Source of the DNA: Acaryochloris marina S15
GTDB taxonomy: Bacteria; Cyanobacteriota; Cyanobacteriia; Thermosynechococcales; Thermosynechococcaceae
Assembly (NCBI RefSeq): GCF_018336915.1
Contig: NZ_CP064923.1
Location: forward strand, 3,150,001 to 3,182,000
DNA: 32,000 nucleotides
Reading direction: 5' to 3'
Of the stretch, positions 8,679 through 17,450 are shown in pieces. The notes under the pieces are model-generated. The model searched no databases. It was given only the letters and a program-made list of their open reading frames with translations, and was not told where the DNA came from. The first letter of the stretch is position 1. The number at the start of each line of letters is the position of its first letter. Made by a program: the position numbers and the translations under genes.

Positions 8679-9524
8679 CTAACGCCACATCTCACGCCAA
8701 GCACCTCCAACATCGAAACCATTGCCTACGGGCTTAATTTTCAAAGAACTGTAGTTGAAATGGTTACAGACTGGCCCAAAAACACTGCCACAAATATCAC
8801 TGGCTCCTGCCCCTTTTTGCAACCGAGTTCCTAAATGACTATAGGTTGATTGTCCCCATTGGCCATTGCCAAACCAAGTCGTGAAGTAGCGCTTGGGAGC
8901 ATAAGTTCCTTTCGGGCCAGCCTTCAAGACACATCGCAGTCCTCTGCCCTGGCGACCCTTCGGTAGCGAAACTAAATCTGCAACCCGATATTGATCAAAA
9001 AACTTACCGCAGGTGCGAGCCCGACGTAAGGGTTGATATTGGGTCGTTCGCACCTGTACCCATTCTTCATTCCAGGCTCCCGTTACACGGATCCGGCGGG
9101 GAGAGATCATCCGGACCCGTAAGTTTCCGGGGAAGTTATTCTTAAAATATTCGCCATTGCCATAGATATCTGACGCATAGCCCCGCATGAGGCGACGATT
9201 ACCAAATGCATGGCCGACGTGACGATAGGATTTGCCATTCCAATTGCCTTCGCCATACCAAGCAATCTTGGGAAATCGTCGAGATCCTCTTCTCACGGTA
9301 GTGACCTTAACACAACGGATACCCTGGCCTTTCTGCTGATTTAAAGACCGGACCACAAAGGTTTTCAGATGACGTCCGCAGGAAAATTTTTTCGTCGTGA
9401 GTGGACGTTGGCTTAAGGTTCGCTGGGGAATTGTTTGCGCATTGATGGCTGGAGCCATAGATAGGGCCAAGACCCCACCTAGAGCAAGCGACTTCAGTTG
9501 ATTCATATTTTGCTGAACAGACAT
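8679..9524 (-). CDS. Secreted hypothetical protein with two tandem copies of a ~115-aa Cys/Trp-containing domain
   Basis: Signal peptide MSVQQNMNQLKSLALGGVLALSMAPAINAQ. Both halves share motifs: G(I/L)RCV, W(Y/F)GxGxWxGxxYxHxG, ASDIxG, GAWxExW. I do not recognise the family. Confidence 0.6.
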   Translation of the reverse strand: MSVQQNMNQLKSLALGGVLALSMAPAINAQTIPQRTLSQRPLTTKKFSCGRHLKTFVVRSLNQQKGQGIRCVKVTTVRRGSRRFPKIAWYGEGNWNGKSYRHVGHAFGNRRLMRGYASDIYGNGEYFKNNFPGNLRVRMISPRRIRVTGAWNEEWVQVRTTQYQPLRRARTCGKFFDQYRVADLVSLPKGRQGRGLRCVLKAGPKGTYAPKRYFTTWFGNGQWGQSTYSHLGTRLQKGAGASDICGSVFGPVCNHFNYSSLKIKPVGNGFDVGGAWREMWR

Positions 9525-9648
9525 GACCTGACTCCTGTAGATAGTGATAAGGAAAAGCTCCTTACACTCGTCTATAGGTTGGAGTCCGGTCAGTTATGCA
9601 GGGGTTACAGCAAAAGATCTAGTGTTCAATACATTCCAATGGGATAAA

Positions 9649-10224
9649 TTAGATAGCAGGTAAAGGTTCAGGCTTTTCTTGGCCCACGCCAAATCCCAAC
9701 GCTCCACTTGAATAAGTAGAGCCAAAATTCTGAACTAGCTGGTTGACTTGACTCAAGGCTGAGCGAAAGTCACGATCTTGCAGTGAAGACAAGGGATGAA
9801 GAAAGGTAGCGAAGACAATTCCATTGCTGACTGCATACCGACCATCCAAAGCCGTATGGAAATTAGCAAGCAACATATTGTCCCGTTGTTCTGGAGTGAT
9901 CTCTGCTGCCTTTTTGATGGGAGCCAGAATTCGCATTCGATCATGCTGTGCGCTTGTCAGTATAAGCATGGTTCGCCCGTCATACTTAAAGGTGATCTGC
10001 CCTGGCTCAACTTGAACATCAGATGCCTCATTCCGCAGAATCGTTTCCAGCTGTTCAATCGTTGTAGATCCTGCCTTGGGACTTTCGGATTGGGTGAATT
10101 TGGGGATGAGCTGGGCCTGAACTGCGTTTAGCTTTGCCTGGGGCAAGACAGTTGTCTGAGCTCTGGCCCAAGTCAAGGAGGCGATCGCTCCCACAAACAG
10201 AACTAATAAAGACATTTTTTTCAT
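9649..10224 (-). CDS. Secreted/periplasmic hypothetical protein (possibly a YbjN/CesT-like fold)
   Basis: The start was moved to the ATG at 10224 (MKKMSLLVLFVGAIASLTWARAQ is a signal peptide). The fold suggestion comes only from remembered motifs (ITFKYDGRTMLIL...RILAPI) and has low confidence. Confidence 0.55.
   Translation of the reverse strand: MKKMSLLVLFVGAIASLTWARAQTTVLPQAKLNAVQAQLIPKFTQSESPKAGSTTIEQLETILRNEASDVQVEPGQITFKYDGRTMLILTSAQHDRMRILAPIKKAAEITPEQRDNMLLANFHTALDGRYAVSNGIVFATFLHPLSSLQDRDFRSALSQVNQLVQNFGSTYSSGALGFGVGQEKPEPLPAI
10181..10188. repeat. HIP1 palindrome GCGATCGC
   Basis: Exact octamer. Confidence 0.9.
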
Positions 10225-10376
10225 CGCAGCACCCTGACCAGATAACTCATTTAGCATAAGCATCTAAAGTGAGAATTCCCTGAATCCAGCCTAAACGCCA
10301 CGAAGTTCAAGCCTAACGGGTGGGGCTTAGTATTTGGATCGTTAGCTGCCAACTATCGTTTCTATCGCCCTATACC

Positions 10377-10637
10377 TTAACCCCCACTCACGGGGGGAAT
10401 CAATACCACTTCATCGCCAGACTGTAATGGCGTATCTCCAGAGACAAAATCTAGATTGACACCAAAATGGGTCACAGACTGTAAGGATGCCAACTCTGGA
10501 TATTGGTCCCAAAAATATTGACCGACTTGAACCACGGTTGAACCTTCAGGAAATTCCAGTTCCAGCTCAGGGGAACCAATCACTTCCTGGTAAGCCGCAA
10601 ACAGCTTGACCGTTACTTTAATGCTAGGAGCAGACAT
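10377..10637 (-). CDS. MoaD/ThiS-family sulfur-carrier protein (C-terminal Gly-Gly)
   Basis: 86 aa from the ATG at 10637 (MSAPSIKVTVKLFAAY...). It ends in PPVSGG*, the beta-grasp sulfur-carrier hallmark. The start lies 2 nt after the cysH stop. Confidence 0.8.
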   Translation of the reverse strand: MSAPSIKVTVKLFAAYQEVIGSPELELEFPEGSTVVQVGQYFWDQYPELASLQSVTHFGVNLDFVSGDTPLQSGDEVVLIPPVSGG

Positions 10638-10639
10638 CC

Positions 10640-11368
10640 TTACGCGTGCATTCCACATTCTGTACGGGCCTTTCCTCGCCAGCGCCCGGCCCGCTCTTCT
10701 TCGCCAGCCTTTGTCATCGTGGTTAAGGGCTGATCGCCAATACTGGCATATCCCTGATCATAAAGGGGGTTATACAACACCTGATTGTTGATCAGATAGT
10801 TCCACACACCTTTATAAGACCAGTTAGCTAAGGGATTAACTTTTAATCGTCCTGCCTGATCGCATTCAAAAATAGGCATCTTCCCTCTCGTAGAGGACTG
10901 ATCTCGTCGTCGTCCGGTTATCCAAGTGACGGCCTGAAGCTGTTCCAAGCCTCGCTGCAAAGGTTCAACTTTGGTCAATTGATGAAACTGTTCTAAATCC
11001 GTTTCCCAGAGCTGCTCACCATATTGTTGGGAAAAGTCAGTTCGAGACGTGACACCTTGGGGGTGAAAAATTTGCAAATCCAACCCGTAATGAGCCTGAG
11101 CATCGTTTGCCAGTTTTAATGTCTCAGGAAAATGATGCAGGGTATCCAAGAATAAGACGGGGATAGACGGATTGGGATTGAGGTCTTTGTAAAGCAAGTC
11201 CATAATCACCATGCCACTCGCCCCAAACGCTGTGCTCTGGATCAGTCCATCAGATAGATTCTCTAAGCACCAAGTCAAAATACTTTTGGGATGGACTTCA
11301 TCAAACTGTTGATTCAGCTGATCTATATCAACAGTCTGCTGCTTGGGGGCCTCGATGCATGGATCCAT
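10640..11368 (-). CDS. cysH: Phosphoadenosine phosphosulfate (PAPS) reductase CysH
   Basis: 242 aa. It has a PAPS-reductase fold and the C-terminal redox motif ECGMH (compare ECGLH). The CC...CxxC Fe-S motif of APS reductases is absent. Confidence 0.88.
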   Translation of the reverse strand: MDPCIEAPKQQTVDIDQLNQQFDEVHPKSILTWCLENLSDGLIQSTAFGASGMVIMDLLYKDLNPNPSIPVLFLDTLHHFPETLKLANDAQAHYGLDLQIFHPQGVTSRTDFSQQYGEQLWETDLEQFHQLTKVEPLQRGLEQLQAVTWITGRRRDQSSTRGKMPIFECDQAGRLKVNPLANWSYKGVWNYLINNQVLYNPLYDQGYASIGDQPLTTMTKAGEEERAGRWRGKARTECGMHA

Positions 11369-11681
11369 AGTGCCAATGCCAACCTATTTCAAATTCGGTA
11401 CGAACATTCTAACTGCTTATTCTCCGAATCTCCACCGGATAACCGTAGTATGAAGTTCGGTCTTTTTGAGTTGGACACAGCTTAGGGGGTGGTCAACGGA
11501 CAACGATGTAACCCATTTGACAGTTTTCCAGGCCAGGGCGTGTGTGGTTTCACACCTACCCTAGGGCATCACTAGATTCGAGAGGCTATATTCCTATGCA
11601 ACCTCAGACTTTTAGCCCTAAACGACTTGTCTCAATCTCGCTTAAAGTACCTCTCTTTCTCCCAAGCCCAGACCCGCTTCA

Positions 11682-13379
11682 CTAAAAGCGAAAATACCAC
11701 TGACTATGCTGAACTTCAGAGGTTTCGCCATAACTACTGACGGATACCGACCGTAGTTTACTCAGGAGAGTTTGAGCATTACTTTCTAGCTTGGAAATAA
11801 CCGGTAGATTCTTTTTCAGAATTGGCTTCATCACGGGCCAATCCAAATATAAGAACCCTTGATTGGGCTGATCGAAAGGTGAGATCGCATCTTGAAACGA
11901 CCGCTGGTTGATCAAGGCATCACTGCCTGCATCCAAGGCCAACCCTAGAGCTTCCGGCGAGCTTGCCAAGATCTTTTGGTTATCAATATTGGCGTAGGCC
12001 CCAGTGACTTCCGTCTTAAAGGTCAGGTTGCTACCGCGTGTACTATCGATTTCCTGAGAGACCAATCGAGTCCAGGCATAAACCTTCCGGCCTGCCAGTT
12101 CAAAGGGACTGGTTCCGAGATCCTGTTCGGTTGCTAATTCATTGAGATGATTAGAGAGTTGCGTAGATTTATCGCTGTTGGTCTGCTCATAGGCAAATAA
12201 CCAATCAGCTTCAGTATTTGCTTGGGCTGACAAGACGGGAGACAAGGAATCCGGCAACAGTGCCCAGGCATAATCTCCATCCACCCAGGGGAAAATTTTG
12301 CTGGTGAGATTTAGCCCTCGGGTTTTCCCCCAAGTGCCCAGGCTTTGATTGACCCAAGATTTGAGATTGGGATATCCCTGTAAATCCTGGTTAATTTGAG
12401 ACCATAAGGTGCCTAAATTCGATCCAGATACGACAAATGGACTATTGCCTGGAAAATAACTGAGGGCCGCCATCGGCTCTTGCGGGGTTGTCTTAATAGC
12501 TGGCAGGTCTCGATCCCCATTGGCAATCAAAGCTGTCTCTGCTAACAGGCCTTGACGAGATTCACCAAAGGCAATCCCCAAGCTGCGATAGGTGGGGGAA
12601 GTGGTAGCCGCTTGACCGGAAATGGCCGGAATCAGCTTTTCTAAATCCAGATAGGCGATACCGGACTGTTGTTTTTGCGTCAGGTTTGCGATCGCAGTTT
12701 TGTACTCTGCTCGTTTCGCCAATTGAGTCCCTTGTTTTTTGGACGTATCTACCGCCTGTTCCAACACTTGGCGCTGATTGGCAATTAAGACAAAGTGATC
12801 ATCTAATTTGGCAGTGGTCAAATATCGTACGGGTTTCAGAAGACCTGGCAAGGAAGCGGACGTAGCCAAATTGGGTGACACATCAGCAGAGATCAGATCG
12901 ACCCCAGCATACCGCTCGAAATTAATGGTTTGGCCATCTGTAGCCTGCTGCTGCCAAATACGCTCCAAAAAAGCATCTGCATCCCGATTATTTCGGGTTT
13001 TGACCGCTAATAGATATCCGGGTTGCTCCTTATCCAAATTCGTTAAGGCAAAGGTAATTTCGTCGCTCACCCAAGGGCGAATATCTTTTTGGTAATCTAT
13101 GCCCCCACTTGCCAACAAAGCCGCAGGTAAATCAGTCAGTTGAGAAGACGCTCCGACCGATCCATTCCCCGCCATCTTCAATGGGCTATTGCCCGTTAAG
13201 GAAACCATTAAAGCAGTCGTGTCTGGAATAAAATGGGCCGATTCAGGCCCTAGCGCTGGCTCGGGCAACGGAGGAGCCAATTCAGGTTCAGCCTCAAGCG
13301 CCCAGACGGGTCCTCCCCAGAGCAGCAGGGCAAGAACACTGGCTAATAACTGAAGACAAACAGAACGAAGTTTTACCAT
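11682..13379 (-). CDS. Secreted hypothetical protein, DUF3352-like
   Basis: 565 aa with signal peptide MVKLRSVCLQLLASVLALLLWGGPVWA. Its size and cyanobacterial context resemble DUF3352. That family assignment is from memory and is not verified. Confidence 0.6.
   Translation of the reverse strand: MVKLRSVCLQLLASVLALLLWGGPVWALEAEPELAPPLPEPALGPESAHFIPDTTALMVSLTGNSPLKMAGNGSVGASSQLTDLPAALLASGGIDYQKDIRPWVSDEITFALTNLDKEQPGYLLAVKTRNNRDADAFLERIWQQQATDGQTINFERYAGVDLISADVSPNLATSASLPGLLKPVRYLTTAKLDDHFVLIANQRQVLEQAVDTSKKQGTQLAKRAEYKTAIANLTQKQQSGIAYLDLEKLIPAISGQAATTSPTYRSLGIAFGESRQGLLAETALIANGDRDLPAIKTTPQEPMAALSYFPGNSPFVVSGSNLGTLWSQINQDLQGYPNLKSWVNQSLGTWGKTRGLNLTSKIFPWVDGDYAWALLPDSLSPVLSAQANTEADWLFAYEQTNSDKSTQLSNHLNELATEQDLGTSPFELAGRKVYAWTRLVSQEIDSTRGSNLTFKTEVTGAYANIDNQKILASSPEALGLALDAGSDALINQRSFQDAISPFDQPNQGFLYLDWPVMKPILKKNLPVISKLESNAQTLLSKLRSVSVSSYGETSEVQHSQWYFRF
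12688..12695. repeat. HIP1 palindrome GCGATCGC
   Basis: Exact octamer. Confidence 0.9.
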
Positions 13380-13632
13380 AGAGTGCGAAAGTCAGGCTCG
13401 TAAAGACCAGAGATTGCAATGGGGCCAAGAAAACCTACAGAAGCTTTTTGACCGTATCAGCCCCATTATTTCAGCAAACTGTACCTGAACAAGTTAAGCA
13501 ATCTAAAATCTACCAGACTCGCCATCCATCTTCCATAAGCCCCTCTGGCCTCACTCTATCCAAGGGCCATAAAGACTTACTGCTCTATCCAACCCTTCAT
13601 GACTGAAAGTGCCATCTCACTATCTCAGATCT

Positions 13633-13836
13633 TTATCCAGCAGAGCGCTGAAACAGCGTATCTAAATAGACCCGAGCTGCACGACGATCGCCTTCGCCAT
13701 TTTGCAACAAGAATAAAGATAGGGCTGCCGCAAAAACTCGATCCTGGTCCCAATCAGGATGAGACTCTAAGTATCCTTTGAGAGTTTGGTGCAACTCCTC
13801 AGGAATTTCAGCAAGAATGCTAATAGTTGCGTTCAT
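13633..13836 (-). CDS. Small conserved cyanobacterial protein, DUF2811-like
   Basis: The start was moved to the ATG at 13836 (MNATISILAEIPEELHQTLKGYLESHPDWDQDRVFAAALSLFLLQNG). The sequence pattern is typical of DUF2811. Confidence 0.6.
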   Translation of the reverse strand: MNATISILAEIPEELHQTLKGYLESHPDWDQDRVFAAALSLFLLQNGEGDRRAARVYLDTLFQRSAG

Positions 13837-14132
13837 AGTTATCAATCTTGGCAATACAGTTCGATTCAATCGTCATTTGCGTGCACGAACCCTGCCCCCC
13901 CAATACTGAGAGCACTCAAATAACTTAGGCCGACTCATTTTGCGCTATGTGGGGGTGGGGTTGTCAATGGTTAAGCGTCAAATGAATTCTTAAGAAAAAA
14001 AGCAACTGCTAACGCAAAATCAATAGTTTTAAGCATTTTTATTTACATATATTCATATTTTCCTGGGGAAATCTCATCTGAGCCCCAAAATCCCCAGAAA
14101 TTTCTCAAGCGCTTTTAGTCTCATCAATACCC

Positions 14133-14206
14133 TGTGGAAAACATTGGGAGATCTGTGGAAAACCGTGGAAAAACTTGTGGAAAGCTTGGGGATAACCTGG
14201 GGAAAG
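14133..14206 (+). promoter_or_regulatory. Array of six same-orientation DnaA-box-like 9-mers (TGTGGAAAA is the complement of TTTTCCACA)
   Basis: The copies are 14133 TGTGGAAAA, 14154 TGTGGAAAA, 14164 CGTGGAAAA, 14176 TGTGGAAAG, 14187 TGGGGATAA and 14198 TGGGGAAAG. Their spacing is 21/10/12/11/11 bp. AT-rich tracts lie on both sides. Confidence 0.5.
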
Positions 14207-14450
14207 ATAATTATTTGAGAAAATTATATTTATCGGCCATCAAGTCACCATTTGATTATTTTTCAGGACGACAGCTCGTTACAGAAGTACTTGGGCAACA
14301 CTAGAATCTTTTAAACAAGCTAAATAAGAAATAATGTTTGTTCCTAGAAAAATCATTGAGTAGGGATGGGATAATAAATTTCAGTCTCAGTCCCTATAAA
14401 ATCTGCTCATTCTCCAACCATTGATTGATGGGATTGATCTGGATATTGTT

Positions 14451-15512
14451 ATGAACCCTCTTAAAAATCCCAAGCAAAATAGAGATCTAGTCCTCCCAGG
14501 CATGATCGCAGTCGGGTTAGTTTGGTCGGTCGGTCTTCTAGGCTTCGGCATTTGGCAAAACCTCCAAACCTCTCAACAGAAGGGAGAACAGCCCCAATCT
14601 TCCACTTTAGAATCCGTCTCAGACGATTCAACCTTTACTCAGGTTAATCCCGTCCCTTCAGGGCGATTTAGGTATAGCGGCAGCCCTGACTGGTCATCCA
14701 TCCGACTCGTAGTCGACTCTGCCATCCAATCGGAACGGCGAGAATATCAACTCAGCTATGTACAGCCCAGTGATCAACCCGCTAATTCTGTCACTGCCAT
14801 AGCACTACTGCTCCAAGACAAATTGGATTTTGTCCAATCCGACCGCCCCCTCCGGCCAGATGAAATAAAGCAGGCCCAAGAGAATGGAATAGAGCTGAAA
14901 CAAGTCCCTGTAGCAACGGACGGCATCGCCATTGCCACCCATCCCAGCCTCTCGATCCCAGGTCTCACCCTCCAAGAACTGGCGGACATCTACCAGGGGA
15001 AAATTACCAACTGGCAGCAAGTGGGTGGACCCAACTTAGACATTCAGCCCTTGTCCCTTTCTGTCGGCTCTGTGGGAAGCGTAGACCTATTTCTCAGCAA
15101 AGTCATGCAGGGCCAGTCTTTTAGCAAGACCATAGACTACTCCCCCAACATGACCGCTGCCTTGAGAAAGTTGGCTGAAAGTCCTGGCGGTATCCTCTTT
15201 GGTTCATCCGCAGAGATCATTCCCCAATGCTCAGTCAAACCGTTACCCCTTGGCAAGGAACCCCAGCAATGGATTGCGCCTTATCAATCTCCCTACGTCT
15301 TATCTCAAGACTGCCCTAACCAACGCAATCGAATTAATAGCACCGCATTTCTGAGTCAGGAGTATCCCCTCACCCATCCGCTATACGTCATCTATCCCCA
15401 CAACAGTTCTCCAGCTGGAGAAGCTTATACACAACTGTTGCTCAGTAACCAAGGCCAGGAATTGCTGGTCAAAGCTGGATTCGTCCAGCTTTCTCCCAGC
15501 TCGCAACCGTAG
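14451..15512 (+). CDS. PstS-family (SphX-like) phosphate-binding protein with an N-terminal membrane anchor
   Basis: The ATG at 14451 is preferred over the TTG at 14421. An N-terminal hydrophobic segment (LVLPGMIAVGLVWSVGLLGFGIW) is present. PBP-like motifs include VATDGIAIATHPSL and LTLQELADIYQGKITNWQQVGG. Confidence 0.8.
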   Translation: MNPLKNPKQNRDLVLPGMIAVGLVWSVGLLGFGIWQNLQTSQQKGEQPQSSTLESVSDDSTFTQVNPVPSGRFRYSGSPDWSSIRLVVDSAIQSERREYQLSYVQPSDQPANSVTAIALLLQDKLDFVQSDRPLRPDEIKQAQENGIELKQVPVATDGIAIATHPSLSIPGLTLQELADIYQGKITNWQQVGGPNLDIQPLSLSVGSVGSVDLFLSKVMQGQSFSKTIDYSPNMTAALRKLAESPGGILFGSSAEIIPQCSVKPLPLGKEPQQWIAPYQSPYVLSQDCPNQRNRINSTAFLSQEYPLTHPLYVIYPHNSSPAGEAYTQLLLSNQGQELLVKAGFVQLSPSSQP

Positions 15513-15514
15513 TT

Positions 15515-16612
15515 CTAGACTTTCTTGCTTTGTTGGTGACGAACTGTTCTGAAGGTAATAATTGCAAACGTAATGACCGTCAAGGGAGCGACAAAGGTAC
15601 TGATGACGGTCGTCAGCACGCTAATGCCCTCATGGTGCATGGTATTCAGCACTAAGTAGCTGTTATAAGCCATGTAGTAGATCAAGAATAATACCCCTTC
15701 CCAACGAGAGATCACATTGCCCGTCGCGAAAATGGGAAGACAAGCCACTGCAGCCGCAATCATAATAGGGATATCGAAGGAGCGAACTGTGTTAGCAACA
15801 TCGATGCCTTCAGGAGCAAGCATACTGGCCAATCCTAAGGCCGTTAAAATATTGAAAATATTACTGCCAATGACATTGCCAACGGCAATGTCTCGCTCCC
15901 CCCGAATACTCGCCACAATGGACGTTGCTAACTCTGGCAAAGACGTTCCCACTGAAATAATGGTTAATCCAATCACGAGTTCAGAAATCCCAAATTTCTG
16001 AGCAATTTTGACCGAACCATCTACCAATGAATTGGATCCTGACACTAATAAAATCGCACCAACAACGACATACCCTAGATTGGCCAACAAGCCTGGTCCT
16101 GTACGCTGAATGGGCTTACCATATTCATTGGCATACTCAGCTTGAACTTCTTCGTTATGTTCTCGCCGACCTTGATAAATCAAAAAGAGGGTATAGATAA
16201 TCCCTCCTAAACATAAGATCACGCCATCCGATCGCCCCAAGTTGCCATCCCAACTAAATAGCCACATCAAACCGGAGACCCCAATCATAATGGGAACATC
16301 TAGACGGACCAATTGCTGAGCCACCAATAGAGGTGTAATCAGAGAAGACAGACCTAAGATCAGCAGAATATTAAAGATATTACTGCCAATTACATTTCCC
16401 AAGGAGATGTCACCTTGGCCAATCAGACTAGATTTGACACTGACCGCCATTTCGGGGGCGCTGGTGCCGTAGGCCACAATGGTGAGGCCAATAATCAAAG
16501 GAGACAGACCAACCATCGTTGCTAAGCGAGAAGCGCCTCGAACTAGGGCTTCTGCCCCAACAACTAACAGCACTAAACCGCCAACAATAGCAGCGATAGC
16601 CGTTACGATCAT
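15515..16612 (-). CDS. Ca2+/Na+ (CaCA family, YrbG-like) antiporter
   Basis: 365-aa polytopic protein with duplicated alpha-repeat motifs: GNVIGSNIFNILLILG and GNVIGSNIFNILTALG. Confidence 0.9.
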   Translation of the reverse strand: MIVTAIAAIVGGLVLLVVGAEALVRGASRLATMVGLSPLIIGLTIVAYGTSAPEMAVSVKSSLIGQGDISLGNVIGSNIFNILLILGLSSLITPLLVAQQLVRLDVPIMIGVSGLMWLFSWDGNLGRSDGVILCLGGIIYTLFLIYQGRREHNEEVQAEYANEYGKPIQRTGPGLLANLGYVVVGAILLVSGSNSLVDGSVKIAQKFGISELVIGLTIISVGTSLPELATSIVASIRGERDIAVGNVIGSNIFNILTALGLASMLAPEGIDVANTVRSFDIPIMIAAAVACLPIFATGNVISRWEGVLFLIYYMAYNSYLVLNTMHHEGISVLTTVISTFVAPLTVITFAIITFRTVRHQQSKKV

Positions 16613-17009
16613 GGTTGTTCCCTAGATAAGATTGCCAACTTGCGCACATAACCGCGATTGTAGCGAAATCAAGATGCACAAGATAGCTGAGTACCCTCTT
16701 CTCTAAGTCAATCAACCTTTCAAGCAACCCAGAACATGAGCTGATGAAAAGGACCTTTGGCATCTCAGATAGGATGGCTCAAGCCTTCTACATTCTGCAC
16801 TAAATATATCCATTGGCAAAAAGTTTATTCCACTGGGGCAGGTGAACCCAAAAAATATGTCGGGAAATGATAGTTCCTAGGGTTTAATCACCTGCCGACA
16901 GCTCCATTCACACCCCATGGAGAACCACTACCAAGATCTCTTCGCAGTGCTCCGCCAATACCCGCAGGGTTAGGTTGTGGTGAAGTGAAGCGCGCCCGAT
17001 AGGAAGCCA

Positions 17010-17423
17010 TTATTCAATCTCAGCTTGCTGCTGAATATATTTCTTGAGGACAGAAATCGGTGCTCCACCACAAGAAATGACGCAGTATGACCGACTCCAG
17101 AAAATAGGCTTGCCTCGATAGACTTGATTGAGATGTTCAGCGTACTCCTTACGAATGAGCCTGCTAGAAACAGTTTTCAGATTATTGACCAGTTTTGAGG
17201 GTTGGACTTTAGGGTTAACAGAGATCAATAAATGCACATGGTCAGGTTCACCATTAAATTCAATCAGCTCTCCCTCCCACTTTTTGATGGTGTCCCTAAA
17301 AATCTCATCCAGCTTATTAAGCATAGGTTGAGTGATGCATTTACGCCGATATTTAGTGCAAGCGACTAAATGATATTGAATGTTGTAAGAGCAATGGTAA
17401 AGCTTATTTAACTGCTTTGACAT
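17010..17423 (-). CDS. tnpA: IS200/IS605 family Y1 (HUH) transposase TnpA
   Basis: 137 aa with HUH motif HVHLLISV, a YHLVACTKYRRK N-terminal region, and a typical C-terminal catalytic Tyr region (RSYCVISCGGAP). Confidence 0.95.
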   Translation of the reverse strand: MSKQLNKLYHCSYNIQYHLVACTKYRRKCITQPMLNKLDEIFRDTIKKWEGELIEFNGEPDHVHLLISVNPKVQPSKLVNNLKTVSSRLIRKEYAEHLNQVYRGKPIFWSRSYCVISCGGAPISVLKKYIQQQAEIE

Positions 17424-17450
17424 GTTAAGCGACTAAGCTAAAATAGGACT

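Noticed and set aside
14133-14206. Interpreting the TGTGGAAAA array as SphR/PhoB Pho boxes for the downstream PstS-family gene
   Set aside because: The 11-bp phasing would fit a response regulator. However, the motif does not match PyTTAAPyPy(T/A), and it does match the DnaA box exactly in two copies. I keep this only as an alternative hypothesis within the DnaA-box finding.
15510-15517. Convergent stop codons of the PstS-like and antiporter genes only 2 nt apart, with no terminator
   Set aside because: It is real but unremarkable. Tight convergent packing is common, and it carries no functional implication by itself.
16428-16763. 111-aa minus-strand ORF overlapping the antiporter start
   Set aside because: It is out of frame with, and largely inside, the well-supported antiporter CDS and its upstream region, and it has no supporting features.
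16613-16836. A possible cation riboswitch (for example yybP-ykoY or nhaA-I type) in the antiporter leader
   Set aside because: I read the minus-strand leader and found none of the conserved cores of these motifs.
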